From: Alkalispirochaeta sp.
GTDB lineage: Bacteria; Spirochaetota; Spirochaetia; DSM-27196; Alkalispirochaetaceae
NCBI GenBank assembly: GCA_965601925.1
Contig: OZ271854.1
Location: 800,001 to 864,000 of the forward strand
Length of the DNA stretch: 64,000 nucleotides
Direction of reading: 5' to 3'
Part shown: piece after piece, positions 60,013 to 64,000 of the stretch
Position numbering within the stretch: the first letter of the stretch is position 1
Layout: each line of letters begins with the position of its first letter
The notes under the pieces: generated by a model
Databases searched by the model: none
What the model saw: only the letters and a program-made list of their open reading frames with translations
Told to the model about the DNA's origin: nothing
Made by a program: the position numbers and the translations under genes

Positions 60013-60516
60013 GTGAGTGACCATGTCGATTTCATATTGTCCCAGTGGACCGGCGAACGCCCCGATATAGACCCGTCGCCTATAGGTGTCGTCGGAAGGG
60101 TCTCGCGCCTGTCGCGCTACCTCGAAGCACGTATGGAAGAGGACTACGCCCAGTTCGGACTCAACGGAGCCGATTTCGACGTGCTGGCGACCTTGAGACG
60201 AAGTGGCACACCGTATCAACTCACGCCGACGGCGCTGTACAAGGCGACGATGCTCTCATCGGGGGCGATGACCAACCGTCTCGATAGACTCGAACGGAGG
60301 GGTCACATCGAGCGCAGGCCCCATCCCGAAGACCGAAGGGGAACGCTCGTTACGTTGACCGAGCAGGGCCTCGAGACGATCAATGCCGCGGTCCCCTCGC
60401 ACGTGAGCTACGAAGCGGAGCTGCTGAAAACGCTCGACGGACATGAACGACGCGTCCTGGCGCAGCTGCTGAGGAAGCTCTTGATATCCCTCGGAGATGT
60501 ACACAAGGCTCATTGA
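60013..60516 (+). CDS. pecS: MarR family regulator, PecS/UrtR-like
   Basis: 'DHVD..L.QW..ERPD', 'FDVLATLRRSG', 'MTNRLDRLE..G', 'DRR'. Confidence 0.88.
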   Translation: MSDHVDFILSQWTGERPDIDPSPIGVVGRVSRLSRYLEARMEEDYAQFGLNGADFDVLATLRRSGTPYQLTPTALYKATMLSSGAMTNRLDRLERRGHIERRPHPEDRRGTLVTLTEQGLETINAAVPSHVSYEAELLKTLDGHERRVLAQLLRKLLISLGDVHKAH

Positions 60517-60610
60517 GCCCCAAGGCATCGAGCCCTCCGAGAGCGGACACGGTCTTCTTCGTCTCCCGGTGCGCTTCCGTCCATCCGGTCGCGCATGCGG
60601 CTTCGGACCG

Positions 60611-61513
60611 TTACCTCTGCGCAGTGTCGTCGCGCGGAGGACGGCCGAAATGCCGTTTGTAGTGACGATTGAGATGGCTATGGTCCGAGAAGCCGACACG
60701 CAGCGCGATCTCTCCGACGGTCAGCCGCGATCTCTGCAAGAGAACTCGTGCCTTCTCGACGCGACGGCGAATGACGTATTGGTGCGGCGATATGTTGTAG
60801 ACCTCTTTGAATCGTCGACAGAAGTAGTGCGGCGTCAGATGTACCACCGCCGCGATGTCGGAGAGCGATAAATCGTCGGCGAGACGGTCGTTGATGTACT
60901 CCACGGCTCTCTCAAGGCGACGGGCGCGATCGGTGTTCTGCACATCTCGCGCGCCCTCCCGACGCCCCGCCCCGGCGCCGTAACATCGGAGAAGATGGAT
61001 AACCAGCTGTACGGCGAGCGTCTCGACGTAGAGCCGGCCGCCGGATCGCGAATCGGCAACCTCGTCAAAGAGATCACGGCCTATACGATGGAGTCTGATG
61101 TCCGTCGCCCCGAAATCGTCCCGGAGAGCAACGTGATCGGGCGGTATCACGCCCTGATCGGCTACGTCTCGAACGTAGGAAGGATCGATGGAAATGTACA
61201 GCGCGTCCACCTCGCTCCCGTGCGCGTAGTGTATCGGCGATCCGGCGGCCGTAAAAACCACGTCGCCGGGATGAAAACGATGCGCCTCTTCTCTCCCGTC
61301 GCGCCGGTGTAGGACGGTTACCGGGTCACCGAGATGTACGCCCAGAAGATGCCGCGGCAATCTGTTGCTGTTATAGCCCGGCGATGTCTTGACGCGGGCG
61401 ATGCTTAGACCAGGCACAACATCGTCGTAGCGCGCTCCGATAGGGGTAAAAATCGACGCACGATGCGGATACTTCACGGCGCCCGATGTCGCGCCGGTCG
61501 TCCCGTGTCGCAT
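60611..61513 (-). CDS. AraC family transcriptional regulator
   Basis: 'LSLSDIA...FCRRFK..SPHQY', 'IALRVGFSDHSH'. Confidence 0.92.
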   Translation of the reverse strand: MRHGTTGATSGAVKYPHRASIFTPIGARYDDVVPGLSIARVKTSPGYNSNRLPRHLLGVHLGDPVTVLHRRDGREEAHRFHPGDVVFTAAGSPIHYAHGSEVDALYISIDPSYVRDVADQGVIPPDHVALRDDFGATDIRLHRIGRDLFDEVADSRSGGRLYVETLAVQLVIHLLRCYGAGAGRREGARDVQNTDRARRLERAVEYINDRLADDLSLSDIAAVVHLTPHYFCRRFKEVYNISPHQYVIRRRVEKARVLLQRSRLTVGEIALRVGFSDHSHLNRHYKRHFGRPPRDDTAQR

Positions 61514-61653
61514 AGGCTGAAAATACTCATCCCTGACCCGTTACGTCGTCACGGCGGCGAAGCGGTCGGAGCGCGCTGGGAACGCAAAACCGCGAGGTAG
61601 AGCAACCCCGATCGATGCTCCTCAGCCGGCGCGAAACGTGAGGTCGGCGGAAG

Positions 61654-63087
61654 TCAACGCCGACCGCCGGTCGAGGACGAACTTCTTCGAGTCGGTCGCG
61701 GGAGCTCCACGCCGTATTGGCCAAACAGTTTGACAATTTTGGCCTTCTTGCCCGAAAGCTGAAGTAATCCTCCGCGTTTTTGGAGGTAGACGTGCAGTTT
61801 CAGAAGGTAGCGAATCGCCGTTTGGTCGATCGTCTCCACCTCTCGCAGGTCGATGAAGATCCGCTGACTTCCCCGTTTGAGAAGGAGATTTACCATCGTC
61901 GTGACGTACTCAAGATTTCCCTCCACCAAATTCTCCCGAATCACGATGTGGCCCGGCCTGGCGGAATCCATGAGGATACAGATCGGCACGTTCTCGGCGA
62001 CCGGTTCGTCTTCCGTACTCTGCCTGCGAACCTCCCGCTCCAACATGTCGTTCGTTTGGCGCAGACGGACGACGAGACTGCGCACTATTTCCATGAACCA
62101 ATTCGGAAGTTTATAAAGATTTCTGTTGAAATCATCGACCGAGAGCTTGTACACGACACACGTCCGTTCGGCCCGCACGTTCGCTGATCGCGTACCCTCT
62201 TTGAGCAGATTTAGCTCACCGATGACGTCACCCGCCTCGGCGTGCCCCAGGAGTATCTCCTCACCGTCTACCTCTCTCGTGATCGATAATCGCCCCGTTT
62301 TGACGACGTACATGACGTTTCCGACCTCATTTTGTCGGATGAGGTACTCGTACTGCGTTACCCGCACCTGGGGAAGCTGACTCCGTGCGACGATGCGTTC
62401 TATTCCTTTGATCGATAGGATTTTGCTCCGGACGAGTTGAACGTTCCTGATTGAGAGCTCGAGGTTATACGTATTCGAATCCCCCGTAATCTGAACAAGG
62501 AAATCAAGGACCGCCTTATCTATGTCGGGCACACCGGCAAAGTCGATTACCGCCTGTGTAAAGCCGCGCGCGGCGTACGTTCTCAGTACTTTTTTTAACT
62601 CGTTGAGGTGCTTTCCGTAGAAATAGCCTTTGAGGTAGACGACGACTCGTTGTTCGGCAACTTCGTCGCGCAGCCCGAACTCATTGATCGTCTCCCCCGA
62701 CGATTCGTGCCCCGCCACGGCCGCCGCATTGCGATACTCGCCGATCAAATTGGTCGTTCGCCGAACTCGGTCCGCGATGACTCGTGCGATATTGACAGCC
62801 CAGTCGTTAATTCCGAACGGATCGGATTTCAGGACCTCGCTCGAGACCAAACTGGCACTGACGTCTTCCCGTGCGACCACGGTGGCGGAACGCGGCAGCC
62901 CCGAGATAAACGACATCTCACCGACAAAACTTCCCTCACCCAAAACGGCAATGGGAATGACTCCGTTGTCGGAGATCTTCGAGACCTGGACCGTTCCCGA
63001 TCGGACGATATACAGATCTCGCGTCGTATCACCCTCTTTGAAGAGAACATCGTTCGCTTCGAATCGTACAAGTTGTGTCTTGGACAT
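61654..63087 (-). CDS. cNMP-binding/STAS tandem protein (cNMP-STAS-cNMP-STAS)
   Basis: Two GE(M/L)....RSA cNMP motifs, each followed by a STAS-like 'ID(F/L)..V..ID' domain. Confidence 0.75.
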   Translation of the reverse strand: MSKTQLVRFEANDVLFKEGDTTRDLYIVRSGTVQVSKISDNGVIPIAVLGEGSFVGEMSFISGLPRSATVVAREDVSASLVSSEVLKSDPFGINDWAVNIARVIADRVRRTTNLIGEYRNAAAVAGHESSGETINEFGLRDEVAEQRVVVYLKGYFYGKHLNELKKVLRTYAARGFTQAVIDFAGVPDIDKAVLDFLVQITGDSNTYNLELSIRNVQLVRSKILSIKGIERIVARSQLPQVRVTQYEYLIRQNEVGNVMYVVKTGRLSITREVDGEEILLGHAEAGDVIGELNLLKEGTRSANVRAERTCVVYKLSVDDFNRNLYKLPNWFMEIVRSLVVRLRQTNDMLEREVRRQSTEDEPVAENVPICILMDSARPGHIVIRENLVEGNLEYVTTMVNLLLKRGSQRIFIDLREVETIDQTAIRYLLKLHVYLQKRGGLLQLSGKKAKIVKLFGQYGVELPRPTRRSSSSTGGRR

Positions 63088-63246
63088 CTCTCAAATCTCC
63101 GCAGACCATGGATAATAGCACGGCGGTCACGCCGATACCACGAACGCGACGATCGCGGTGGTGGACCGCCGGACCGCGACGGTGCGCACGTACGGATAGT
63201 GTGGTTCGATGACACGTATGCCGGGCGTGCGCCGCCGGGGACCAAT

Positions 63247-63277
63247 AAAAAAGGCCCGCCCCGTTGGGGGCGGACCC
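63247..63277 (-). terminator. intrinsic terminator after the sulfurtransferase gene
   Basis: GGTCCGCCCC-CAAC-GGGGCGGGCC followed by TTTTTT on the minus strand. Confidence 0.8.
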
Positions 63278-63307
63278 GATACCGCGAATCCGTTGGTGTG
63301 GTGCGGT

Positions 63308-64000
63308 TTAGTTACCGGCGAGGCGCATCTCAACGTCGGCGGGCATGCCCGTTTCCAGGGCGAGCTGCTCGTTGTGCGACCACTCGATCCAGGAGCCGTC
63401 GTAGTTCCGTACGTCCTCGAAACCGAGCAGGCTCGCAAGGACGAAGGTCGTGTGAGCGGAACGTACGCCGCTCTGGCAATAGGCGATAATCGTCTTGTCG
63501 GGGGTCACACCGATCTCGGCAAACTGAGCGCGAAGCGTCTCTACGTCGAGGAAGGTCGTGTTCTCGCCGAGGCTCGCCTTGTACTCGAGCCATACCGAAC
63601 CGGGAATGCGTCCGGCACGAACGGCGCCGTTCTTCATATCTTCTCCGGTAAACTCGCCGATGGAACGGGTGTCGAGAATAACGACGTTGGGGTCGTTCTG
63701 GGCGGCGATAACGTCGGCAACCGTCGCGACGCGTTGCACGTTCTCTTCGTTGATGAAGCGAAAATCGGTCGCCTCGACTACCGCGGAGGAAGCGCCCGTG
63801 GCGACCTCATAACCGGCGGCCTCCCACGCGTTGATACCGCCGTCGATCAACTTCACGTTGCGGAAGCCCTGCATGTCGAGCTGCCACCAGAAACGCGCCG
63901 CGTCGTAATCACCCTTGGCGTCGTAAGCCAGGATCATCGTTTCGTCGGTTACGCCCATCTGTCCGAGAAGCGCTTCGAGACCGGCGCGGTCGGTGCGCAT
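63308..64000 (-). CDS. rhodanese/sulfurtransferase (5' end outside window)
   Basis: 'AARFWW', GRIPG, YCQSGVRS active site, YDGSWIEW. Confidence 0.93.
   Translation of the reverse strand: MRTDRAGLEALLGQMGVTDETMILAYDAKGDYDAARFWWQLDMQGFRNVKLIDGGINAWEAAGYEVATGASSAVVEATDFRFINEENVQRVATVADVIAAQNDPNVVILDTRSIGEFTGEDMKNGAVRAGRIPGSVWLEYKASLGENTTFLDVETLRAQFAEIGVTPDKTIIAYCQSGVRSAHTTFVLASLLGFEDVRNYDGSWIEWSHNEQLALETGMPADVEMRLAGN

Overview
High-GC bacterial chromosomal window. It is probably from a spirochaete, an inference from signal peptides ending in 'AGGERE'/'ARGTRE'. I found no rRNA, tRNA or CRISPR. There are four zones. (1) 1-9.2 kb: accessory genes (EamA, cytochrome P460/c'-beta family, MerR+SDR, SH3, dienelactone hydrolase) plus a few immunity-like genes including Imm5. 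(2) 9.4-16.8 kb: a TetR-controlled RND efflux operon (MFP, AcrB-like, TolC-like, outer-membrane protein). (3) About 17-41 kb: a dense array of roughly 30 short genes, many resembling polymorphic-toxin immunity proteins (six related SUKH/SMI1-like paralogs, Imm26-like, GAD/Tdi1-like, CXXCG-motif, CdiI-like, LRR, pentapeptide). No intact polymorphic toxin or secretion gene is present. The array also holds candidate toxin C-terminal stubs, a mosaic ~1.2 kb duplication, one intact vapBC plus two antitoxin stubs, several pseudogenes and a NusG-KOW/SUKH fusion, and a dead IS481-family element follows it. (4) 42.8-64 kb: metabolic and regulatory genes (2-oxoacid:ferredoxin oxidoreductase operon, LysR, SDR/F420-reductase/SnoaL/hydrolase cluster, a sigma54 activator with a visible -24/-12 promoter and UAS, glycosyltransferase, PecM/PecS, AraC, a cNMP-STAS tandem protein, rhodanese). 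The best candidate for a new system is the orphan poly-immunity array. All family names come from motif recognition by eye, not from database searches.
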